Positions 52,342 to 60,020 of a stretch of 64,000 bases of DNA are shown piece by piece. Source of the DNA: a bacterium (GTDB lineage Bacteria; Patescibacteriota; Minisyncoccia; Phycocordibacterales; UBA1006); assembly GCA_043771175.1 (NCBI GenBank), contig JAYVHO010000006.1:9800-73799 (forward strand). The letters run 5' to 3'. The position numbers and the translations under genes were made by a program. The stretch's first letter is position 1; each line of letters starts with the position of its first letter. A model generated the notes under the pieces. That model was not told the DNA's origin. It did no database searches and saw only the letters and a list, made by a program, of their open reading frames with translations.

Positions 52342-52343
52342 AC

Positions 52344-52419
52344 GGGCGATTAGCTCAGTTGGTAGAGCAACTCGTTTACACCGAGAAGGTCAGAGGTTCG
52401 AGTCCTCTATCGCCCACCA
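52344..52419 (+). tRNA. tRNA-Val(TAC)
   Basis: Canonical cloverleaf, anticodon loop TTTACAC, CCA encoded. Confidence 0.96.
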
Positions 52420-52523
52420 AGAAAAACCATACAGCAATGTACGGTTTTTCTTATGTCTTGAAAAAATAGCAAAATATTGTATACTGCATCCACTTAGAAG
52501 GCGGGCAATGCTTGCAGTTTCAT

Positions 52524-52595
52524 GCTCTTGTAGTTCAATGGATAGAATAGGGGACTTCTAAGCCTTTGATCATGGTTCGATTCCATGCGAGAGCA
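52524..52595 (+). tRNA. tRNA-Arg(TCT)
   Basis: Loop CTTCTAA, GGTTCGATTCC; weak anticodon stem. Confidence 0.88.
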
Positions 52596-52651
52596 CTATT
52601 TAAAGAAAAACCTCAATATATCATTGAGGTTTTTCTTATGGAATATATTAT

Positions 52652-52744
52652 TTACCGAACAAATAAAAAATAGATAATTAATGCGAGAATAATTCCACCA
52701 CCAAGAAGCTTGGTGATAACATACGTTCCTAAAAATTTTAACAT
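52652..52744 (-). CDS. 30-aa small membrane protein (below the ORF-track cutoff)
   Basis: MLKFLGTYVITKLLGGGIILALIIYFLFVR*, followed by a hairpin terminator at about 52605-52636. Confidence 0.6.
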   Translation of the reverse strand: MLKFLGTYVITKLLGGGIILALIIYFLFVR

Positions 52745-52800
52745 AAAGATAATATATTAATGATAATTACAGAAACCGAGCGACACTTTATTATACAATG

Positions 52801-53379
52801 TTATTTAAAAAGTGTACCAGCAAAAAAAATAAGACCAATAATAACAACAACTGCAATGCTAATATATGTAATTTTTTTCATTGATTTTTCTGCAATTGCC
52901 TGTCCATACTGCTCACCGATATAGGCAAATAAAAACATACGCGCTCCCTTACCAATCGCAAACGCAATTGTGTAAGGAAATAGTGCAAACTTTAAAAATC
53001 CAGAACCAAAGGTAAATAGCTTATCGGGCACGGGTGTAAACGCCGCGAGCGCAATAGCAAGTAATCCATATTTATTATAAATAGATGAAACTTGGTCAAG
53101 CAAACCAGAACCGTTATCTCCTAAAATAAACCCAGAAAACTGTGCGTAAAAAAAGTATCCAATTCCATATGCAACTAAAGCCCCAACAGTAGCACCAATG
53201 GTAGCAACGGTTCCTACGCGTACCCAGGTGTATTTTTTCTGCGCAACAAGTGGCACAATAAAAACATCCGGTGGAATTGGAAAGAAAATAGATTCAATAC
53301 ACGCAATAAATCCAATCCACCACAAAGCATAAGGAGAATTTGTAACATATAAAATCCACTGTTTTGTTTTTTTCATCAT
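52801..53379 (-). CDS. YqaA/DedA (VTT) family membrane protein
   Basis: ESIFFPIPPD, AFTPVPDKLFT. Confidence 0.92.
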   Translation of the reverse strand: MMKKTKQWILYVTNSPYALWWIGFIACIESIFFPIPPDVFIVPLVAQKKYTWVRVGTVATIGATVGALVAYGIGYFFYAQFSGFILGDNGSGLLDQVSSIYNKYGLLAIALAAFTPVPDKLFTFGSGFLKFALFPYTIAFAIGKGARMFLFAYIGEQYGQAIAEKSMKKITYISIAVVVIIGLIFFAGTLFK

Positions 53380-53382
53380 ATG

Positions 53383-53721
53383 CTAATAAACAGGAGCCCC
53401 TTCTTCAACGCCACCAACTTCTGGTACTAAAAATGAAAACGTGTCTCCATTACTACCACCCACCGCCACCAACATCCCTTGTGATTCAATACCCATAATC
53501 ATGCGAGGTTCCAAATTAAGTAAGTAAAGAACTTTTTTACCTACAATTTCTGATTTATCAATATATGGACGAATTCCAGAAACAATCACACGGGTTCCTA
53601 TTTCACCAAAAGAGACCGTACATTTATATAATTTTTCTGATTTTTCAACTTCATCAACTTGAATAATTGTCCCAACTCTAATATCAACTTTTTTCCATTC
53701 ATCAAAGGTTATTATTTCCAT
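53383..53721 (-). CDS. Stand-alone tRNA-binding OB-fold protein (Trbp111/MetRS C-terminal-like)
   Basis: DIRVGTI, KLY, VSGI, NLEPR.IMGIESQGM. Confidence 0.9.
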   Translation of the reverse strand: MEIITFDEWKKVDIRVGTIIQVDEVEKSEKLYKCTVSFGEIGTRVIVSGIRPYIDKSEIVGKKVLYLLNLEPRMIMGIESQGMLVAVGGSNGDTFSFLVPEVGGVEEGAPVY

Positions 53722-53728
53722 ATTCTCA

Positions 53729-54163
53729 TTATACATTCTTTTTGTTTTTTGCTAAATATCTTTCCAAAATAAGCATCGCAGCTGTATCGTCAATGTGCTC
53801 ATCAAATGATTTTCTTTTTTTTGCCACCACTCCACGTTTCATTCCTTCATTATATGTAAAGAGCTTTCTTGATTCCATAGACGTAAACGACTCATCTTGC
53901 AAGGTTGTGGCAACTTCTCTAAAATTACTTCTTACCAGTTCCCTTACTTCAAATACTAATTTCATAATGTCGTTATCTTCCCCTTCGTATAATGAATGTC
54001 CCAAAACTATCACACGAGGTTGATATTCCGTAATAAATTTTTCAAGTGTTTTTTGCAAATTTTTAGTTTCAAAAATTCCTTTTGGAAATGCCATTGATTC
54101 TGATTCATCAGTAATAGCAATTCCTGATTTATATTTTCCAATATCAAGTGCAATAAGTGTCAT
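53729..54163 (-). CDS. ruvX: Holliday junction resolvase-like YqgF/RuvX
   Basis: IALDIG, GIAITD, QDESFTS, IDDTAAMLILERYL. Confidence 0.92.
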   Translation of the reverse strand: MTLIALDIGKYKSGIAITDESESMAFPKGIFETKNLQKTLEKFITEYQPRVIVLGHSLYEGEDNDIMKLVFEVRELVRSNFREVATTLQDESFTSMESRKLFTYNEGMKRGVVAKKRKSFDEHIDDTAAMLILERYLAKNKKNV

Positions 54164-54287
54164 GGGTTAGTTATATCACACCTGGTAATAAATAACAGCC
54201 TCATACTATAAAAGATAGTATACTGTATATAGATGGTAATCAGTCTTTATCATCATACTTAGTACGATTAATATATCTTATAACTAT

Positions 54288-54536
54288 ATGGAACCACGAG
54301 AAACCAATACCACCACAAAAATTGAAGTTAACCCTAACACTACCACCTACACTACGCTTGCAGTAGTGCTTGGAATTGTTGCTGTTATTGGTATTTGTTA
54401 CGCTGTTTTTGGAAGAAACAACAATAGTCAAAACATGATGAATGAAACACCTATAATGGAAACTACTCCAGAAATGCCCGCAGAACCAACGATGATGCCT
54501 GATTCCACTACATCAATTGATATTAAAACACAATAA
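54288..54536 (+). CDS. Small single-pass membrane protein
   Basis: One TM helix, followed by a palindromic terminator. Confidence 0.7.
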   Translation: MEPRETNTTTKIEVNPNTTTYTTLAVVLGIVAVIGICYAVFGRNNNSQNMMNETPIMETTPEMPAEPTMMPDSTTSIDIKTQ

Positions 54537-54552
54537 ATATCTTTATGTTATG

Positions 54553-54588
54553 CATAGTAAAAACCCAACATGTTGGGTTTTTACTATG
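54553..54588. terminator. Terminator (perfect 36-bp palindrome)
   Basis: CATAGTAAAAACCCAACA|TGTTGGGTTTTTACTATG. Confidence 0.75.
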
Positions 54589-54661
54589 ATCTAATGCCAT
54601 AGTACTCACATGAAAATAGTCTATATCTGTTTTTACTACAAATAACTAATGGTATAACTTC

Positions 54662-55123
54662 ATGAAAAACTCATATATAAAATTCATACTGATTGCTATT
54701 ACTAATTACCCACAATTATTTATGGAATCATCATTATTAAACATTTTTAAAAAAACAACATATGCAGTAATTTGTGCAGTTACCGTAAATCTTTTTTTTA
54801 TATTCATCGTAAAACTTTTTATACATACACCACCAACATTTAGTCCCTTTTTTTATAGTTTTATTGCACTGTATACGGCTTTGGGTGTAATGGGAGCAGG
54901 TTTAGTGTATTTGATTATAAAAAAATTAACACCAAACTATCATAAAATATTTACCTGGGTTTCTATTGTAGCGCTTATGCTGTCACTTATTCCTGATATA
55001 GCAATGTATATGAATCCAGAGCCCGATGATGTTGGTGTCACAATTCCCATAGTTATCATACTGATGCTTACCCATATATTTGCTGCTTTTATTGCAGTAA
55101 AAACATTAACTTCTAAAGAATAA
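54662..55123 (+). CDS. Four-TM membrane protein (DUF6069-like); start may be 54722
   Basis: SLIPD, LMLTHIFAA. Confidence 0.7.
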   Translation: MKNSYIKFILIAITNYPQLFMESSLLNIFKKTTYAVICAVTVNLFFIFIVKLFIHTPPTFSPFFYSFIALYTALGVMGAGLVYLIIKKLTPNYHKIFTWVSIVALMLSLIPDIAMYMNPEPDDVGVTIPIVIILMLTHIFAAFIAVKTLTSKE

Positions 55124-55127
55124 TTAT

Positions 55128-55907
55128 ATGAAAAATCAATCAATAGGTCACCAACTATTAAATAAAGTTCCCGAGGTCACATTGTGGTTTTGGATCATTA
55201 AAATCCTCTGTACAACGGTTGGAGAAACCGCAGCAGACTTTCTCAACACAAACCTCAATCTTGGTTTGACTGGAACATCACTCATTATGGGTGTACTTCT
55301 CATTATTGTTCTTATTTACCAATTTAAGACAAAGAAATATACACCAAGTATTTACTGGCTTTCTGTTGTATTTATTAGTATTGTCGGAACACTTATAACA
55401 GATAATCTAACTGATAACTTTGGAATATCACTTGTGTTAACAACTATCGTTTTTAGTGTCGCTCTTATTGCAACTTTTATTGCTTGGTATAAAAAAGAAG
55501 GAACGCTATCTATTCACTCAATTTTCACACAAAAAAGAGAATTATTCTATTGGTTAACTATCCTCTTTACGTTTGCTCTTGGTACAGCATCAGGAGACTT
55601 GCTGGCAGAAACGCTTAGTGTTGGTTATTTACTCTCAGCAATCATATTTGCAGGCGGAATAGCTCTGACATATGTGGCATATAAGAAGTTTAACCTCAAC
55701 CCAATACTTGCTTTCTGGATTGCATACATCCTCACCCGACCGCTCGGTGCATCTATTGGAGATTATGTATCCCAAAATCAAACAAGTGGTGGTTTAGGGT
55801 TAGGAACAGTTATTACCAGTGCTCTATTTCTCACAGCAATTCTCTCTACGGTAATATATCTATCAGTTACAAAAAAAGATGCGATCACTTCTGAAATGAA
55901 CACGTAA
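55128..55907 (+). CDS. COG4705/DUF347 family membrane protein
   Basis: KVPEVTLWFWIIKILCTTVGETAAD, FWIAYILTRPLGAS. Confidence 0.93.
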   Translation: MKNQSIGHQLLNKVPEVTLWFWIIKILCTTVGETAADFLNTNLNLGLTGTSLIMGVLLIIVLIYQFKTKKYTPSIYWLSVVFISIVGTLITDNLTDNFGISLVLTTIVFSVALIATFIAWYKKEGTLSIHSIFTQKRELFYWLTILFTFALGTASGDLLAETLSVGYLLSAIIFAGGIALTYVAYKKFNLNPILAFWIAYILTRPLGASIGDYVSQNQTSGGLGLGTVITSALFLTAILSTVIYLSVTKKDAITSEMNT

Positions 55908-55996
55908 GTTTCAACAAATAGTGGTATTAATAATTTTTTAGAATTCTAAATTTATGAATATCCAAGAAATAAACATCTCGTAATATCACAACTCTG

Positions 55997-56083
55997 CGGA
56001 GGAGGTGAGATTCGAACTCACGGACCGGTTCCCCAGTCTCCTGTTTTCAAGACAGGTGCAATCGACCACTCTGCCACTCCTCC
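55997..56083 (-). tRNA. tRNA-Ser(TGA)
   Basis: GGAGGAG...CCTGT-CTTGAAA-ACAGG, long variable arm. Confidence 0.95.
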
Positions 56084-56152
56084 GTATTTGTGTAATTATC
56101 CATTCGATTGACGTACAAATTACATGATACACTATAACAAATATTATCACTT

Positions 56153-56626
56153 ATGCAACACGAGACTATTTATCTACAATACCAAACGGAAGAGTTCACC
56201 TATATTGAAAGTCCTAAAGAATGGTTCATTGGTTTGGGTGCTATTACCGTAGCTGGAGTGGTTCTTTCTTTGGTATTAGACAACCCACTCTTTGCAATAA
56301 TCTGTGTGTTGGTTGGTGGATTGTTTGCGTACTTTTCTCAAAAAAAACCAGCTATGGTAACTATTTCAATTTCTGACAAAGGAATTCGTTGTGGCGAAGA
56401 AGCATTCCCTTATGGAAAAATTGATCATTTCTGGATGATCACCACATCACACGGCATTCATCACTTACTCCTTAAAACTCCTCTTGAGTTTGATCATATT
56501 GGAATTGTTCCTATTGCGCCAGAAATAGACCCTGAAGAAATTGCGCATATATTATCTGATTATTTACCTATGGAAGAGATAAAAGAATCAGCAGTAACTA
56601 TTTTTTTAGAGAGATTAGGATATTGA
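56153..56626 (+). CDS. Two-TM hypothetical protein with PH-like C-terminal region
   Basis: Two TM helices, then 'ISISDKGI...FPY..IDHFW'. Confidence 0.75.
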   Translation: MQHETIYLQYQTEEFTYIESPKEWFIGLGAITVAGVVLSLVLDNPLFAIICVLVGGLFAYFSQKKPAMVTISISDKGIRCGEEAFPYGKIDHFWMITTSHGIHHLLLKTPLEFDHIGIVPIAPEIDPEEIAHILSDYLPMEEIKESAVTIFLERLGY

Positions 56627-56669
56627 TTCTTTGTTGAAAAAAATCAAACATGTGGTATAGTAACGGCAC

Positions 56670-56741
56670 GCTTTTGTAGTTCAATGGATAGAACGTAGGT
56701 TTGCGGTACCTATGATCCAGGTTCGATTCCTGGCAAGAGCA
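56670..56741 (+). tRNA. tRNA-Arg(GCG)
   Basis: TAGGT-TTGCGGT-ACCTA anticodon arm; GGTTCGATTCC. Confidence 0.92.
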
Positions 56742-56777
56742 CATAAAAAAACACCATTTCTGGTGTTTTTTGTTTGC

Positions 56778-57044
56778 TTATTTTGCAGTAGTTGCAATTT
56801 TCTTAGCAAGTCGTGACTTCTTTCTTGCAGCTGCCTTTTTGTTGATAATTCCTTTTTTAGCGGCTTTATCAATGGTTTGGAATGCTTTTGGAAGTTTTGT
56901 TATTGCAGTTGCAGTATCAGTCTTTTTTACAAGATCTTTTACTTCTTTAACTGCTTCACGCATAGCACGTCTGCGATTATCATTCAATTGTCTTCGCTTT
57001 ATTGCTTGTCGAGCTCTTTTTTTTCCTGAATCAAGAATTGGCAT
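56778..57044 (-). CDS. rpsT: 30S ribosomal protein S20
   Basis: IDKAAKKGIINKKAAARKKSRL. Confidence 0.96.
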   Translation of the reverse strand: MPILDSGKKRARQAIKRRQLNDNRRRAMREAVKEVKDLVKKTDTATAITKLPKAFQTIDKAAKKGIINKKAAARKKSRLAKKIATTAK

Positions 57045-57209
57045 AGTGTAATAAATTAAAATAGTTCTATTGGTTCATAATGTAGCTACATTATAAATGT
57101 CCTGAGACAGACTACTTATAACACGTCTAACCTGACCATAGTACGCTATTTTGGTTTCATTGTAAAGGTTTTTATATACTCACCGGCGTGGACTTGATAT
57201 ACTATTTCC

Positions 57210-57797
57210 ATGATAGATAGAATTTCAGGTATGGTGGTTGATTCAGACTTTACGGCAAAAATTTGTATAGAAACACCGTCGGGGATTACATATGGAGTTT
57301 CTACCACTAAAGAAATCACCACCGTGACCATTCCTTCAAATATTTATGTATATATTCACGAGGTAATCAAAGAAGATGCTCATGATTTATATGGCTTTAC
57401 GGCCCCATTTGAACGCAGTGTGTTTAAAAAATTATTGAGTGTTTCTGGGCTTGGTCCAAAATCTGCACTTTCCATACTTTCCAATCTTGGAATCTCTGGA
57501 CTCTTTAATGCACTGATTTCAAAAGATGCCACGTCGCTGGCTAAAACTCCAGGGATTGGTAAAAAGACCGCAGAAAAAACCATTATAGAGCTATTCTCGT
57601 TTGCGCAAGACCACCAAGACGTTATTACTGACGAGGTTAAAAATCCTCTCTACCACGAGGCCTTTGAAGCACTGGTTTCACTGGGTTATGATGACCATTT
57701 GGTAAAAGATGTTCTTTCAAAACTTGATTTTAATACCAATGCCACACTTTCAACGGTTATTCGTGAAGGAATTAAAAACCTTTCACATAAGAAATAA
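57210..57797 (+). CDS. ruvA: Holliday junction branch migration protein RuvA
   Basis: EDAHDLYGF, LLSVSGLGPKSA, PGIGKKTA, ALVSLGY. Confidence 0.96.
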   Translation: MIDRISGMVVDSDFTAKICIETPSGITYGVSTTKEITTVTIPSNIYVYIHEVIKEDAHDLYGFTAPFERSVFKKLLSVSGLGPKSALSILSNLGISGLFNALISKDATSLAKTPGIGKKTAEKTIIELFSFAQDHQDVITDEVKNPLYHEAFEALVSLGYDDHLVKDVLSKLDFNTNATLSTVIREGIKNLSHKK

Positions 57798-57814
57798 ATA
57801 TACATCACCCCCCC

Positions 57815-57865
57815 GTCACTGCGCCGCTAGCGCAGTCCAGCTGGATCCCGCCGTGGCGGGATGAC
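57815..57865. repeat. REP-like GC-rich palindromic element
   Basis: GTCA-CTGCGC/GCGCAG-TCCAGCTGGA-TCCCGCC/GGCGGGA-TGAC. Confidence 0.6.
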
Positions 57866-57910
57866 GAACAAGAATGATTTTCTTATATTTTCTGCTATGC
57901 TTCTCATATT

Positions 57911-57982
57911 GCCCCTGTAGTTCAATGGATAGAATAGGTCCGTCCTAAGGATTTGATGGTGGTTCGATTCCACCCATGGGCA
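57911..57982 (+). tRNA. tRNA-Arg(CCT)
   Basis: GGTCC-GTCCTAA-GGATT arm, GGTTCGATTCC; one C-U mismatch in the acceptor stem. Confidence 0.88.
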
Positions 57983-57985
57983 CAA

Positions 57986-58078
57986 GATATCGCCATTTAA
58001 ACCGCGAATAAAACGTTCTTCTTCACACCCGTTTGGGAGTTTAGGATTTACATCAAATTCTTTGGTGTATCCATTATC
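57986..58078 (-). pseudogene. Fragment of a barnase/RNase Sa-like toxin domain
   Basis: Hand translation DNGYTKEFDVNPKLPNGCEEERFIRGLNGDI; no start codon, cut off at the tRNA. Confidence 0.6.
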
Positions 58079-58437
58079 TATAAATTAAATTCTGCTTCCA
58101 AACTTTTAATAAAGTTTTCAATAGAAACTAAATCAGTCATAAAATAAGTTAATAAACTTTTGCCAGTATATCCTGCTCCAATTCTTAGAACAACCTTATA
58201 GTGTCCCAGATTGTCTAATTTAATGAGATTAAAGTATTGATCAGAATCATAATCATTAAACTCAAATATTTTTAGATTTAATTTTGAGCTTAATTCATCT
58301 TTATAAAAATTGAAGTTTGATTTACCGCTAAATTGAGAATTTTCTATTTGCCAAACACATTCAATGTTTCTATCATATAACTTAAATTCTGAAAAAATAA
58401 TTGATGAATCAAGACCATTTAATTTAATATTACTCAT
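58078..58437 (-). CDS. Putative immunity protein, WapI-like
   Basis: Starts 4 nt after the orphan tip stop; FSG...DNLGH...F.TD...FIKSL pattern. Confidence 0.65.
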   Translation of the reverse strand: MSNIKLNGLDSSIIFSEFKLYDRNIECVWQIENSQFSGKSNFNFYKDELSSKLNLKIFEFNDYDSDQYFNLIKLDNLGHYKVVLRIGAGYTGKSLLTYFMTDLVSIENFIKSLEAEFNL

Positions 58438-58441
58438 AGGT

Positions 58442-58823
58442 TTATTTTATTAATCCAATAAATTTAAAATCATCGACCGCTTTAAAATTTCCAAATTCAT
58501 CAAGTAGTGCATTAAAATGGATTTCAATTTTAATACCGTCTGAAAGCTCTTTACTATAAGCAAATTTATTCCAGCCTAGCCAACGAGTATCTGTTAGTGT
58601 TGGCATTTTCAGTTTTATACCAAGACCTTTCGGATTTGCAAGAATTTCTTTCATTACTAATTCCTCTTGGAGCGTATTAGCAACATTTCGACCCGTCGAT
58701 CCTAAGCCTAATGGTTTAAGTGGTATTTGTGTAGCTATTGAAACCTCTTTTAGAGTATTATTTACGATCGCCTTTACCTCACTATTCCTTCACTTGCTGC
58801 TTTTATTAAAGACAGGTCAAGTG
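58442..58823 (-). pseudogene. Silent orphan toxin-tip cassette with homology arm to the main gene
   Basis: 114 aa in frame from 58786 (NSEVK...LGSTGRNVANTLQEELVMKEILANP...DDFKFIGLIK*), paralogous to the C-terminus of 60021-62843; frameshift upstream. Confidence 0.85.
58695..58810. repeat. Direct repeat copy 2 (116 bp) of 60313-60429
   Basis: Identical except one substitution and a 1-nt deletion. Confidence 0.95.
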
Positions 58824-58925
58824 TTGTATATTGAGTTATCTGATGAGTATGATAATCAAGGAGAATAATTGAAGTAAAAGAGGTGAGGAAGCTATGAGTT
58901 TATTCTTTAATTAAGCGTATCTTAA

Positions 58926-58945
58926 AAACTCGCAAGAGTGAGTTT
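58926..58945. terminator. Terminator-like hairpin inside the array
   Basis: AAACTCGC-AAGA-GTGAGTTT. Confidence 0.5.
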
Positions 58946-58962
58946 CTATGCTTTGATTTCTG

Positions 58963-59427
58963 TTATGGTTGGATATTTTCTTTCAAAACAGTCCACGGGT
59001 TTTCTCCACGTGCTTTTTTTGTTTTTATAACATAGTCATAAAATTTTTTAAAGTCGCCTTCTTGTCCTATAATATCGTTTAGCATTTGTTGTGGATCATT
59101 TTCAAATAATTCACGAGGGCCTATAATTAATTTTATTTCTGGCCAAGGTCTAGTTGGCTCTATTATTATCCAGTTTTCTGGAATTGAATTATCTATTATT
59201 TCAAAATAAATAGAAAACTCCGTAAAACCATTTTCGTCGGCATACGAAATACTACCTAAATCAAAAGATTTTTCACTATGCTTAAATGGTTTTGAAACGA
59301 CAATAAACCAAACTTCTTTAATTTCTCCTATTTTAATACGCTCATTTGTTCTTTGTAAATCCTTATTACCTATGTATATAAGTGCTTCCGACTCAGTAAT
59401 TTCATTTCTAATTGCTTTAATTTTCAT
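58963..59427 (-). CDS. Putative immunity protein (paralog of 59654-60016)
   Basis: Starts 3 nt after a relic DDFKF tip; shares MK(I/V)K...N...W.I...KLIIGP. Confidence 0.7.
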   Translation of the reverse strand: MKIKAIRNEITESEALIYIGNKDLQRTNERIKIGEIKEVWFIVVSKPFKHSEKSFDLGSISYADENGFTEFSIYFEIIDNSIPENWIIIEPTRPWPEIKLIIGPRELFENDPQQMLNDIIGQEGDFKKFYDYVIKTKKARGENPWTVLKENIQP

Positions 59428-59430
59428 AAA

Positions 59431-59643
59431 TTATTGGGTTATATTCTCAAGGAATTTAAAATCATCAATGGTGAAATAGCAAACAACCACGCTTTCAGCG
59501 AGATCACCATACACTTTTTAAGTTTTTCTTTATTTGCTTGATTCATATTATTAATTTTGATTATAAACTTGATTAACTAATTCTGACCAAAAAGGTATAT
59601 ACTCGGCATTTTTTAATAATTCATAGTTAATTTTTCCTGGTTG
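59431..59643 (-). pseudogene. Fused relics of earlier toxin/immunity cassettes
   Basis: QPGKINY...VYNQN* (59643-59551), ATG 4 nt later (59546), then ...IDDFKFLENITQ* (stop 59431-59433). Confidence 0.6.
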
Positions 59644-59653
59644 TTAATGTAGA

Positions 59654-60016
59654 CTATGATTTTTCATCATACACATTTTCTAATAATTTGTTATTTAAAT
59701 GCTGACCCGCTATTGTATCTTTTTGAACAATTTCATAAAGATTGCCTTTCTGTATAACCAAATCAGGACCAATAATCAATTTAAAATTATTATAATCACT
59801 CTCATTGCTCTCAATAAATCTAATTTTCCAATCTTTGTTTAATTCATTGTTAATAAATACTAGATACTTTAAATCCAAACAAATAATTGATTTATCAATT
59901 ATAACACCAAAAGTAAACTCACCACTAGTAAGAAGATACAGAAATGCAACATCAAAAACCATTTCACTATCTTTCTGTGAATAATCAATATTTGTATTTT
60001 TTAGTTTAACTTTCAT
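59654..60016 (-). CDS. Putative cognate immunity protein
   Basis: 120 aa, starts 4 nt after the toxin stop, AT-rich. Confidence 0.75.
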   Translation of the reverse strand: MKVKLKNTNIDYSQKDSEMVFDVAFLYLLTSGEFTFGVIIDKSIICLDLKYLVFINNELNKDWKIRFIESNESDYNNFKLIIGPDLVIQKGNLYEIVQKDTIAGQHLNNKLLENVYDEKS

Positions 60017-60020
60017 ATAT

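Noticed and set aside
30625-56771. Recurring CATTTCTG/CATTGCTG hairpin loops as a repeat family
   Set aside because: Explained by GAAA/GCAA tetraloops of ordinary terminators with differing stems
56681-56872. 63-aa ORF
   Set aside because: Overlaps tRNA-Arg(GCG) and rpsT out of frame
57210-57797. ruvA without adjacent ruvB
   Set aside because: Split ruv loci are common and ruvB may lie outside the window
58442-58654. Independent 70-aa gene as given in the track
   Set aside because: Homology extends upstream of this internal Met, so it is better read as a truncated cassette
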